From: Dictyostelium discoideum | Taxonomy: Eukaryota | Length of the DNA: 64,000 nucleotides | Direction of reading: 5' to 3' | NCBI GenBank assembly: GCA_000004695.1 | Contig: CM000153.2 | Coordinates: 1,920,001-1,984,000 of the forward strand | Shown: piece after piece, positions 1-12,444 of the stretch | How positions within the stretch are numbered: the first letter of the stretch is position 1 | Layout: each line of letters opens with the position of its first letter | Position numbers and translations under genes: made by a program | The notes under the pieces: model-generated | Databases searched by the model: none | What the model saw: only the letters and a program-made list of their open reading frames with translations | Told to the model about the DNA's origin: nothing

Positions 1-523
1 CCTCTTATCATGCTATCGATAAATCAAAAGTTAAAACTTCTGATGCCTATGTATTATTTTATGAATTAAAACAACAACCACCACAACAACCACAATCATC
101 CCAAAATGCTTCAATACATCCAATAAATTAAATTTTTTTTTTCTTACTTCTTTTATTTTTTTAAAACAAAAAAAAAAAAAAATTAATAAAAATATATTTT
201 TTTATCCGTTGGTATATTTTAATTGTAATTTTAATCAAAAAATAATTTATTATTTATTTGTATTTTCTAATATTAATCTAATGATAAAAGATTTTAAAAA
301 AAAAAAAAAAAAAAATTTTGATTAGATAAATTATTTTATTTTTAGTTTTTATTTTTGGTTTTATTAAAAAGATGTTCCAAAATTAGTAATGGGTAACAAA
401 AACTATTTTTAATTTTTAATTTAAGAAAAAATAAAAAAAGTTAACAAATAATTATTTTTAATTTTTTTTTTATTTTTTAAAATTTTTTTTTTTTAAATTT
501 TTTTTTTTTTTTTTTCGTGATTC

Positions 524-555
<32 letters not shown>

Positions 556-699
556 GAAAGGCTTTCGTTTTTTCATCCAAATCTTTTTTTTTTTTATTTT
601 TTTATTTTATTTTTATTATTATTTTTATTTTTTTTTTTTTCATTCATCCTTCAATATAATAAATATATAACTTTGTATATATAAATAAAATAAAATAAA

Positions 700-3303
700 A
701 TGGGTAAAATCAAGAAATCAACTAAAAAGGTAGATATTCAAGCCTTAAAGAAACAAAGAAGATTCCAAAAAAAAGTAGTTAAAGGAAGACAAGTTTCTGA
801 AAAGTCTATGGGTAATTTTAATATTTATTTATAAATATCTTTATTTTTTATTTTTTATTTTTTTTTTTAAATTATTAATTTTTTTATTTTTTTTTCTTAA
901 AAAATATAGCCAATTATAGAGAAGTTGAAAGTGAAGAAGAGGAAGAATTACAATTAGAAGAAAAACAACCAATCCGTAACACAAAAATCGTATCAAATGA
1001 ACAAGAGGATGACGATGATGATGATGAGGGTGAAGAAGATGATGATGAAGAAGAAGAAGAAGAAGAGGATGAAGAAGTTGAAGTTGAATTAGATTCTAAA
1101 GATAAAGAATTGGCCAATAAAAAAGATAAAAAAGAAGTTGGTAAAGACTCTGAAAAAACCAAATCCTTAAAAGAACAAATTACACAACATAAAAAAGATT
1201 TAGATGAATTAAAGAAAAAAGATCCAAAATTATTTGAGTTTCTTGGTGAAAATGATAAAGAATTATTAAGTTTCAATACAGAAATGGATGATGATGATGA
1301 TGAAGAAAGTGATGACGATGATGACGCTGAAGATGCTGAAGGTGAAGGAGAGGGTGAAAAAGAAAAGAATCAAAAAGAAGTTTTAACATCAGCACTTTTA
1401 GATTCATGGATTTCAGAAGCAAATAAAAATACAACAGTTCAAAATGTTAAGAAATTAGTAGTTGCATTTAGATGTGCATCACATGCAGGTAGTGATTTGA
1501 AAGAGGTTGACAAAGTACCATATAAAATTGTAAATACTGCTGTATTCAATAGAACCCTTTTAATCTGTCTTGAAAATATGCCAAAATTCTTTGATAAATT
1601 ACTCGATTACGATAGTGTTAAAAACTCTGATCAAGAGATTACAGATGCAAATAATAAAACTGAATTACCAAGTTCATCTAAAAAATGGAATCTCGTTAAA
1701 TCTTGTGTCAGTTCTTATATTAGATCAATCATTCAACTCTTAACTCAAGTATCTGAATCAAATTTATTATTAATTATTCTTAAAGGTTTAGAAAAAGTTA
1801 TTTGTTATTCTTCATGTTTTACAAAATATTCAAAAATGTTATTGAAAGTAAGTAATCATTTATTTTTAATTTATTATTTAAACACATTTTATTAACATAT
1901 TATTTTTTAATTATTTTTTATTTTTTTAATTGTTTTTTATTTAGCATTTATTAAACAATTGGTCATCAGCAGAAGAAAGTGTTCGTATTATTGCATTCCT
2001 TTGTATTAGAAAACAAGCAATTTTATGTCCATTCCCATTTATTGATGGTTGTTTGAAAGGAATTTATTTGAATTTTGTTAGAAATAGTAAATTTGTTAGT
2101 ACAACATCATTACCATTAATTAATTTCATGTGTAATTGTGTTATTGAAATCTATGGTTTAGATTTCGCAAGTTCATATCGTAGTGCATTTGTTTATGTTC
2201 GTCAATTAGCAGTACATCTTAGAAATTCATTAAATACCAACACTAAAGAATCTTTCCAAAATATTTACAATTGGCAATTTATAAATAGTGTCCGTGCATG
2301 GGTTGAAGTTTTATCAGCATATCCAGGCCAAGAACAAATTTCACAATTGTTATACCCAATAACTCAAATTGTAATTGGTATGATTAATTTAATTCCATCA
2401 AGTAAATTCCTTCCATTACGTTTCCATTGTATTCGTTTCCTTAATCGTTTAGCTGAAACAAATGGTTCATTCATCAATTGTACACCTTATTTATTGGATG
2501 TTTTAGAATACTCTGAAATGAAACAAAAATCAGGTAAAAATGGTGGTGGTAGTGGTAGTGGTGGTGGTGCCGCTGCCTCTGATAAAGGTTCAGTAAGTGC
2601 ATCAAATTCAAAGAAGAGTAAATTAATTAATTTCTATACAACTCTTTCTGTCACTGGTCAACAATTAAATAGTAAAGAATTCCAAGATGGTATGTTATCT
2701 CAATTCACAGAGTTATTAGTTGAGAATTTAACATGTTTCAATTATCATATTGGTTTCCCTGAATTAACTACCCCAGTAATTCTCCATTTGAAAAAAGCAC
2801 TTAAAAGTAAACAATATAGACCAAAGGTTTTATCAGATATTCAAGAGATTTTAGAAGCAATTGAAAAAACTTCAAAATTAGTTAAACAACAAAGAGATCA
2901 AGTTTCTTTCTCTCCAAAAGAAACTAAACAAATTCAAGCTTTCTCTGATGCTCTCAAAGAGAAATACAAAATCACTCCATTAAAACAATTATTATTAACA
3001 CTTAAAAAGAAAAGTAAACAACTTCAACAAACTCTTATTGAATCAACTAAAACTTATAATTATGAAGATGATGATGAAGATGATGAAGATGATGAAGATG
3101 ATGAAGAAAATTATGATGATGATGAAGAAGAAGATGATGAAGATGAAGAAGACTTATACCATGAAGATGAAGAACAAGAAAAACAACCAACTAAAAAATC
3201 AAAAACAATTACTAAATTACCAAAGAAACCAAAATTCAAAGTTGAACGTGAAGGTAATGATGATGATATGGTTGAAGATTTAGTTTTATCAGATGATGAA
3301 TAA
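700..3303 (+). CDS. Nucleolar complex protein 2 (Noc2/NOC2L) homologue. Three exons: 700..811, 910..1847, 1945..3303.
   Basis: ATG at 700. Donor GTAATT at 812, acceptor AG at 908-909. Donor GTAAGT at 1848, acceptor AG at 1943-1944. I verified the phases by hand (1, then 0). The translation carries Noc2-family blocks (SALLDSWISEANKNTTVQNVKKLVVAFRCASHAGSD; HLLNNWSSAEESVRIIAFLCIRK; long acidic D/E tail). The ORF-track 'M' at 1110 and at 2053 are TTG codons inside exons, not real starts. Confidence 0.75.
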
Positions 3304-3333
3304 GAAAAGAAAGAAAGAAAGAAGAATCGTTAT

Positions 3334-3364
<31 letters not shown>

Positions 3365-3543
3365 ATAATAATAATAATTTTAAAATATCTCTTTTGTCTT
3401 TTTTTTTTAAATAATTTATATATTTATTACAATAATTTGATTATTCTATTTTATTTTATTTTATTTTTATTTTTTTCTTTGTTTATTATTTTATTTTGAA
3501 TATTTTAGATATACCATATATTCTTTTTTTATTATTATTATTA

Positions 3544-4287
3544 TTATTTTTTAATCATTGTAGTTAATACAACTAAACCAACGAAAATAATACCTAAAAT
3601 TGCAATGATAGTCCATTGTAGTTTACTACTTGTTGATTCCATGAATCTATCTAATTTTCTCATTACACTACCTAAAGTTTCACTTGATCTTGCTGCACGA
3701 TCATGTAATGAATCTAAAAGACCTTCTTGTATTTTTAATTCAGAATGCATAGCTTTACCCATTTCACCTAAAATTTGAACATCATCTTTCATTTGATCTA
3801 AACCCTCATCTTGTCGATTCATAAGTTCTCTTTGATAGCCTGCTTGTTCACGAAGGAAGTCTCTATTATCTTCATCGTGTGCTCTTCTAAGACCTTCAAA
3901 TTTACCACCCCTCTCAATCATATTTCTCTTCTCTGATGAGAGGAGTTCGTTCTGTTTATCTTCTTCAATCTTTGCTAATGCTCTTGGACTTTGTAAATCC
4001 TCTTTAATTTCATTTATCTTTATTTTTACATCATTTGCAAATAACTTTCTTCTATCCAATTCACCTGGTGCTAAAACATATCTACCTGGGAACTTTTCAA
4101 TGGTTCCAATTGCTTCTAAAATATCACCTATATCCTCCTCTATAACTGCTAAAACTTTTCTTATCTCTTTATTATACCATTTAAATTCTTTATTTGTATA
4201 TGTATTTGTATTAAATAATAGTTGTTTCCATTTTTCATGTGTTGTCATTATACCTCTAACTGAAGATGCTATATCTCTAATATATAC

Positions 4288-4322
<35 letters not shown>

Positions 4323-4484
4323 TTTTTTTATTTTGTTTTACAAATATTTTGATTTTATATAAGTAAATATGTATACATATTAATATATAAATAATATATA
4401 TAATATATATTTTTTTTTTTAAATATAATAAAAAGATAGTTACTGTTCTGCTAAATAATATGGATCTTGGTCTGGTGATGCCAT
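3544..4484 (-). CDS. Syntaxin-6-like Qc-SNARE (tail-anchored). Two exons: 4484..4444 and 4276..3544.
   Basis: The C-terminus has a SNARE heptad with a central Q (SELKIQEGLLDSLHDRAARSSETLGSVMRKL) followed by a transmembrane anchor (WTIIAILGIIFVGLVVLTTMIKK). The N-terminal region matches the syntaxin-6 N-domain pattern (EKWKQLL...IEEDIGDILEAIGTIEKFPGRYVL..ELDRRKLF). A 41-nt first exon (MASPDQDPYYLAEQ, compare human STX6 DPFFVVKGEVQ) splices via a GTAACT donor at 4443 to the AG at 4278-4277. The phase is consistent (2+1). Confidence 0.6.
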
Positions 4485-4938
4485 TTTTTATATGTATATA
4501 TATGTATTGTATTTAATGATATATTATCGTATGAATACGATATTATTTATTTATATTTGATAATAAATTTTTTTTTTTAATATTTTTATTTTTTGATACT
4601 AACGAATTTTTTTTTTTTTTTTTTTTATGTTTTTTTTTTTTTTTTTTTTTTATTTTCAACCCAGACTTGTTTTTTTTATGTGGCACAATTCCCATATTTA
4701 AAAAAAAAAAAAAATAAAATAAAAAAAAATAAAAATTATTTATAAACCAAAAAATTAATATAAAAAAATAAATATATAAATAATAATAAATAAAGGAAGA
4801 ATTTATAAATTAAAAATTATAATAAAATAAATAAAAAAAGTATAATAAAATAAATGAAAAAATTTTAATAAATATTCAAATAAAAATTATTAAAAATATA
4901 AATAAATTGTAATAATTATGAATTGGTTTAATTTTTAA

Positions 4939-4971
<33 letters not shown>

Positions 4972-5904
4972 AATCACATTATTTTATACAATTTAATTAA
5001 TTTCGTTATTATTTTATTATAACAATATTATTTTATTTTTATTTTATTTTTTCTTCCCTTAAATTAGACAAATCAGGCTTTTTTTATTTTTTTATTTTTT
5101 TATTTTTTTTTTTTTTTTTTAAGATTTAAATCTTTTTTTATATAGGTAATATCGAAATCAAAATTAATGGATACTTAATTTTTTGAGCCAAAAATTATTC
5201 ATTTTTAAAAGTACACAAATGATTGATTATCAAAAAAAAAAAAAAAAAAAAAAAAAGAGATTTTTTAATCACATTATTTGTTATTTTTATTTATTTTAAA
5301 TTTTAATTCTTTTTATTAAAAGACAGTTACTTTTTTTTGAAATTTTGAGATCTAATAATTTGTGATTAAATTAATTAATTTATAAAATGGAAACTTAAAA
5401 AAATTTAAAAATAATAAAAGTTTTAATTTTTTTTTTTTAAACAAGATTGATTGAGATCGAAGTTAAAAAATATAAATTCAAATAAAAAAAAAAATTATAA
5501 AATGAAAAAAAAGTTAACTTTGTTTTTCCACGTTTTTTGTTTATTTATTGTTTTTAATTTTTTTTTTTTTTTTATTATTACTGATTTTTTTTTTTTTTTT
5601 TTTTTTTGGGGGTATACAAATAAAATCACACCAAACCACAACAAAAAACACAAGTTGATTTTTGTGATAAAAAAAAAAAAAAAAAAAATAATAATAAATT
5701 AATAAAAAAGTACCCATAGGTAAGTGTAATGGGTAATTTTGTGTTCTAAAGTTGTCATTTCGTTTCGTTTTAGAGATAAATAGATAGAAACAACTTTTTT
5801 TTTTTTTTTTTTTTTTAATCAATTCTTTTTTCATAAAATTAATTTTTTTTATTTTTTTTATTTATTTATTTTTTTTTTTTTTATTTATTTTTTTTTGTTC
5901 CCAA

Positions 5905-5952
<48 letters not shown>

Positions 5953-6791
5953 TTATTTTTATTATTTTTTTTTTTTTTTTTTCCATTTATTTATTTGATT
6001 ATTTATTTATTTATTTAATTTATTTATTTATTTATTTAATAACTTTTTGTTAAATTATTTATTTCGTTACTATTACACCATCAATTCACCATCAATTCAT
6101 CACCTACACGCATATACCTAAAATTTACAAAGAAAAATAAAAAAAAGTAAATTATATATAACTAAAATTGGTTCGTGTGTATAAAAAAAAAAAATTACAA
6201 ATTTAATATATAAAAGGTGTCGGGATTAATAATCAAATTTGGACATATAAAATCTATTTTTATTTATTGTATTTTATAAATAATCAAAAAAAAAAATAAA
6301 ATTTTAATTTTTAAAAAAAAAAATAAAAAAAAAAAATAAAAAAAAAATAAAAATAAAATTTTTTTTTTTTTTTCATATTGTTTAAATTTTCATTTTGTAT
6401 CATAACAACCACACCTTAACACACACACCAATTGTAATTTTATTTAATAGTACTAGGAAATATTTATATACATTTTAGATCAATTGATTCTTCTTTTATA
6501 TAATATATATAAATATAAAAAAATAAATATAAAAATAAATAATAAAAAAAAAGAACAATCATTTTAATTTTTTTTTTTCCTCTCTAAATTTTATAAATTT
6601 TTTTTTTGTATCACTACTTTCACATTCATTTTAAAATATATATTTTATGTATATAGTAATAACAACAACAAAAATAATAGTATAAAAACACACAATACAC
6701 ACATTTTTTTTTTTTTTTTTTTTTTTCATCCTACAATATATATATATATGTACAATAATACAAAAACTCAAATATAAAAAAAAAAAAAAAA

Positions 6792-6997
6792 ATGATAACA
6801 CCTACTTCATTTGAACCAGTTGAATTATTATATTCAAAAAAAAAAGTAAATAGAACAAATTGGAAAAAAAATGTATTAAAATCAAATCCTGAAATTAACA
6901 ATTTATGGTAAGTTTTTTTTTTTTTTTTTTTTTTTTTATATGTTTTATTATTTTTTTTTTTTTTTTTTTAATATTCATATATTTATTTATTTTATAA

Positions 6998-7038
<41 letters not shown>

Positions 7039-8732
7039 GAAAGAATTTATCCAATAAATAGAGCAATTCAATTTGGTAAACAATTTCATCCAGGTAAAGC
7101 AGAAGTTAAACAAAAATTGGATAAAACAGCGATAATACAATTAATATTACAACATTTATCAACCAAAGGATTGAAACAAACCAAACAAACCTTGGAGAAG
7201 GAAGCAAGAACCACTACACCGATAGTAGAGGGATTAAATGAGAGTAGATTGGTTACATACATTAGAAATGCATTAAAGGATACAGATAGGATCTATGATT
7301 TATCGATGGAACATACAGAGTATAGTAAAGAGGAGAGACAATCAAAGATAACGGAACGAGAGGAACTACTATTTCAAATGGATTTATTGGAGGATGAAGA
7401 CGAAGATGACGGAGTCAACATATGGGATGAACCAACAGAGAATATCATCACAGAGAAAGTACACACCACAGAATACGATATAAATAAAAGCAAAGAGAAT
7501 AAAGATGATCAAGACGATGAAGTGGTTAAATTTGCATCATTGAATAAATTGGTGGAACATTTAACACACGACTCAAAGCATGATTTACAATTCTTAAAAA
7601 CCTTTTTAATGACCTATCAATCGTTTTGCACACCAGAGAAGTTGATGTCAAAACTCCAACAACGTTACAACTGTCCATCGGGTCATGACGAGATGGCCAC
7701 TAGAAACATCCAAATTAGGGTCATCAATGTGTTGAAAGGTTGGGTGGACAATTATTACTCGGATTTCGATGATAAATTAATTGCAATGTTACGTACATTC
7801 ATCGACCAAATTCAAATTAAATTCCCCGCACCTGCAAGTGCCGTCAATAAATCCCTAACAAAGATGGTGGAGAAACTCTCACCAGTGAACGATAGCAAAC
7901 ACATTTTCAATGAGAAAACACCCGAACCAATGGTACCAAAGAATATCTTCTCCAATAATCTCTCAATATATGATATCGATGAGGAGGAGATCGCAAGACA
8001 ATTGACTTTAATCGAATTTGAAATCTATAGAAACATTAAACCACCCGAACTCTTAAATCAATCTTGGAATAAAACAAAACTAAAATCACGTGCTCCAAAC
8101 GTTTTAAAGATGATCGATCGTTTCAACTCCGTTTCAATGTGGGTGGCCACAATGATCATTCAAACCACAAAAGTTAAAGCACGTGCTCGTATGATGACTC
8201 GTTTCATAAAGATCGCAGATCATTTGAAAAATTTAAATAATTACAATTCCCTTATGGCAATCATCGCTGGTCTTAACTTTTCCTCGGTTTATCGTCTAAA
8301 GTATACTCGTGAAGAGTTATCCGCTCAAACTATGCGTACCTATTCCGATTTAGAAAAGATTATGAACTCTGAAGGTTCCTTTAAAACCTACAGAACTCGT
8401 CTTCAAAATGTTCCTCCAATGTTACCTTATTTGGGTGTTCATCTAACCGATCTCACTTTTATCGATGAAAATCCAAATAATTTCGTCACTGACGTTGGTG
8501 GTAAACAGGTTAGTCTAATCAATTTCACAAAGAGAACCCTAGTTTTTAAAATCATCTCTTTGATTCAAGAAACTCAAGTCGTACCTTACAATCTTCAACC
8601 AGTTCATCAAATTCAAGAGTTTTTATTAAATATTAGAAGTGATCTCAAAGCTCATACTCTCGATCAATATCAACAAGAATTATATAGAGAATCACTTAAA
8701 AGAGAACCAAAGAAAGCTCAAAGATCTGATGT

Positions 8733-8739
<7 letters not shown>
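6792..8739 (+). CDS. Ras guanine-nucleotide exchange factor (LisH-like N-terminus + RasGEF-N/REM + CDC25-type catalytic domain). Two exons: 6792..6907 and 7038..8739.
   Basis: ATG at 6792. Donor GTAAGT at 6908, acceptor AG at 7036-7037 (phase 2+1 gives a TGT codon). REM-domain block: VVKFASLNKLVEHLTHDSKHDLQFLKTFLMTYQSFCTPEKLMSKLQQRY. CDC25-domain block: EEEIARQLTLIEFEIYRNIKPPELLNQSWNK ... RFNSVSMWVATMII. The catalytic-helix region is conserved. Confidence 0.8.
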
Positions 8740-8764
<25 letters not shown>

Positions 8765-8999
8765 CACATAAAAACAAAAAAAAAAAAAACCAATAAATAA
8801 AAATTATACAAAAAAAAAGAAATAAAATAAAATAAAATGTTTTCAAAGATTTTTTTTTGGATCTTTTGCCAAAAAAAAACAAAAAAAAAAAAAAAAAAAC
8901 TTTTTTCTTGAAATTTGTACAAACATTAATTCCAAAGCAACTGCACACAAACAGATTATTTTTTTATTTTAGAAAAAAAAAAAAAAAAAAAAAAAAAAA

Positions 9000-9680
9000 A
9001 TGAAGATTTTTATAAGAGGTAAAGGTTATTATATGGGATTGGAAGAAAAGATAGAGTTAAATGTTGAACCAATAGATACAATACTAAAATGTAGAGAATA
9101 TACTGGTGGTAATAAAACATTTTTCGATAGGGAAGGTAGATTATTAGGTTTATATGAGCAGTTTCAAAGTAGTGGTTTAAAAGAAGGTGATACAATTGAC
9201 ATTTGTTCATTTCCATTAGAGATTGCTTTTCTAACTTTTATATTACAAATACTTCAAGTTAAAGGAAATAATCATTTAGAAATAAATAGACTTAGAACAA
9301 AATTATTCAATAAAACTATTGATAATAAAATATATTCATCTCAATTAGATAAAATGAAACATTTATTTAATGATAGAGGTAATTTTCTTATAAAAAAACA
9401 AAAAAAAAAAAAAAGAAAGAATCATATTTTATTTTAAAAATACAATTAATTAATAATTAAATATATATATCATTTTATAAAAATAAAAGTGCCAAATGAT
9501 ATTTTAGAAAATGTATATTCAGATTATATTAAATATGATAGTATAGATAGGGATCCACTTCACCACTTTATAAAAAGAGTTTTTAATGTTAATAAAAATA
9601 ACAAACAAATTTTAGCTTCACCGAAATTAATTTCTCAAAAAGATGTTATAGATTTAGATAATAATAATAAAAATAAAAAT

Positions 9681-9758
<78 letters not shown>

Positions 9759-10109
9759 AATAATAATACTAATAGTAATGCAGGTTCAAACTCAATAACG
9801 GATGAAGAAGATGATCTAACTCAACCAGAGGGTGACCCTATTTTATTATTAGAGTCCAGCAATACTATACAAACAGAACAAACAGAACAAATACAACAAC
9901 AATTAATGAAACCAATGGAGGATATCACATTTGAGGTTATATTGGATGATGGAAAGAAATTTATATCACACAATAAAGAGCTTTTGGATAAATTAAAAAA
10001 GATTGAGGAATTAAATTGGACTTTAGCAAGGATAGTATCTGCTAAAGTTACTATATTACCAAAAACTGTAATTTTAAGTAATAACATTAGTAGTAGTAAT
10101 AGTAATAAC

Positions 10110-10182
<73 letters not shown>

Positions 10183-12341
10183 CACAAACATCTCCAAACC
10201 TAAAACAACAAATATCACCAACTAAAACAACAACAACGACAACTAATACAACATCCACAACAATAAATAAAATAAATACACCAACTAAAGATATTTCTTG
10301 TTTAAATATATCCACACCAAAAACAACATATAATATAAATAATACACCACCATCAGCTTTATCAATAAATAGCGCAAATTCGATAAGTTCAGTAAATTCA
10401 GTAAATTCAGTAAATTCATCATTTAATTACAACATTGAAGGTGTTGATGACGAATCAACAGATTTGGAAGATAATGATCAAGTATTTACTGATACAGAAG
10501 AAGATGAAAATGATCGTTATAAGGTTAATAATAATTTAGAAAATTCATTTAAACGTGAGCTTACAGAAGTTATTAGATGTGATACTGATGATTTTGAAGT
10601 TTATAAGAGATCTAAAAATGGTGATGATGTGGTTATATCTTCTCAAAGCTATACTTATAATTCAGCATCACAACCATTACCAACAACAAATGAATTGACA
10701 ACACCACAAATATCACCAAATAGTTCAACTTCAATGGTACCCGCCACCACCACCACCACCACCACCACCACCACTAATACTACAACAACAAAAACAACAA
10801 CATCTCAATTAACACCAACTAAAAAGAATTCATTACCAATTTTAAATTTTGATAATAATATACCAATTAATGGTGATATTAGAAAAGCTATTGAATCAAA
10901 TAATGAAAATAAAATAAAAGAGAAAAAATATAAACCAACATTTCAAGGACAACCAGTTTCATTTTTATTGGCTCTATATGAATTACGCGCAACACAAGAT
11001 ACTCATTTCAATTTAGAAGATGTAAAAGCAGAGGCACAGAAATTTACAGATGTTGAAGTTCGTAACCGTGATAGAAAAGGTGATAATGCATTTCGTAATG
11101 CATTATCTATGTTATCTCAATTAATCTCTAGAAAATTAATTAATTTCGTTAGGGAGGAAGATTTATATTTGACTAAAGAAGGTTGGGATTTTACAAAACC
11201 AATTTATCCATATATGCAAGATTTTAAAGAATTTACAATGATAAATAAAACAAAAATGGATTTGGCTCAAGATAAAGTAATGATTCTCGTTGATAGTTGT
11301 GAAAATTTCAAATCCGATATATTAAGAAATCTTCGTGAGAAAGGAATTTTTTGTATGGAGATGTCTTTACCTTCTAGTGATTTCTTATTTGTGAAATATA
11401 AAGAGGGATTTCAGGATGACATAAAGAATTTGGAGTTTTATCCATACTTGTTTGAAAGAAAGACTTGGAGTGATTTCAATTCATCAAGAAAGGATACTAG
11501 AAATATTCGTCAAAAATCAAAAATGAAATCTTATGATAAAATTAAAAAATCATTTTATATCATCGAAGGTGATGAAATATTACAAACTAATTTACCAATG
11601 GATACATTGAAATGTCATTTGGATCAATATACACTAATGGAAGGTTTTACAATAATTAGATCACAATCACTTATCGATACATGTACCCAACTTGCAATCG
11701 TTGCAAAATTATTATCTGACGACCCACATTTATCAACTAGGGATCAAGATTCTATGTGTAATCTATTGGAATTTAGAAATCAAGTTTTAAATTCAAGAGG
11801 TGGTAATACAAAAGAATCTTATGACCAATTTCAAGATGAAACTAGATCCGTTATAATTTCAAATTCAAATATGGGTGAAATGATTAGAGTTTCAATTTCT
11901 AAAGAACAATTTAAAGAGTACATATTATCACCACTCTATAGAGAAACTGTTAAATCCAAATTGGATGATTTTTACAATGAAAGGAAATTATTACTCTTTG
12001 AATCATATGAATCATTAAGAAAAGAAATTTATTCTCATCATAATCTTTTATTTAAAGGTTTTTTAACTTCCGTTGAAAAAGGTTTAGATATTAGTAATAT
12101 TGGTTATCGTTCAGAGAATTTATTACTTTCCGATTACATTGATAATCAAACTATAAGTTATAATCTACTTCATATTTTATTAACATTTGATTTTCAAACA
12201 ATTACACATTTTAATCAAGCAACATTATCAAATATCAGAAGTACTTCAACTTTAAATTCAATTGTTCAAAGTTGTTTAGATTTTCCAAATCCATCAACAA
12301 CTGTTTATAATAAATTAATTGCAAAACCAGTTGGTAAATAA
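9000..12341 (+). CDS. Large protein (about 1076 aa) carrying an ERCC4/XPF-family nuclease-fold domain (Mus81/Eme1-like). Two exons: 9000..9378 and 9490..12341.
   Basis: Donor GTAATT at 9379, acceptor AG at 9488-9489 (phase 1+2, GTG=Val). The middle region aligns block-for-block with the XPF nuclease domain found in this same window: ILVDSCENFKSDILRNLREKGIF...LPSSDFLFV...LFERKTWSDF...KKSFYIIEGD versus IIIDSHEFKSSLPVVLHNNGYEI..LEVGDFVLS..CIERKSVSDL...NPILLIEFD. The ERK motif and both flanking Asp are retained. The first residue of the GDF motif is Ser. Long poly-Asn, poly-Gln and poly-Thr linkers are typical of Dictyostelium. Confidence 0.55.
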
Positions 12342-12444
12342 ATATGTATAGGAAATTAAATTATTGTACATTTATTTATGTAAATAAAAAAAAAAAAGAT
12401 TATTATAATTTATATTTTAAAATATTATTTATTATTTTATTTAT

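Noticed and set aside
914-1276. Minus-strand Ser-rich ORF of 120 aa
   Set aside because: Antisense to the Noc2 acidic stretch (GAA/GAT becomes TTC/ATC). A compositional artefact.
3038-3499. ORFs 3038..3283 (M/K-rich) and 3293..3499 (K/I-rich)
   Set aside because: They are an alternative-frame reading of the acidic GAT/GAA tail of the Noc2 gene and the A-rich 3' flank. Low complexity and no start-codon context.
5451-5834. ORFs 5451..5702 (plus) and 5541..5834 (minus), rich in K/F
   Set aside because: Poly-A/poly-T intergenic DNA translated. No complexity and overlapping on both strands.
8692-8948. Minus-strand poly-Phe ORFs downstream of the RasGEF gene
   Set aside because: A T-run 3' flank. 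Low complexity.
9821-10315. Minus-strand 164-aa ORF with poly-Leu and poly-Val
   Set aside because: Antisense of the (CAA)n and (AAT)n Gln/Asn tracts in the ERCC4-like gene.
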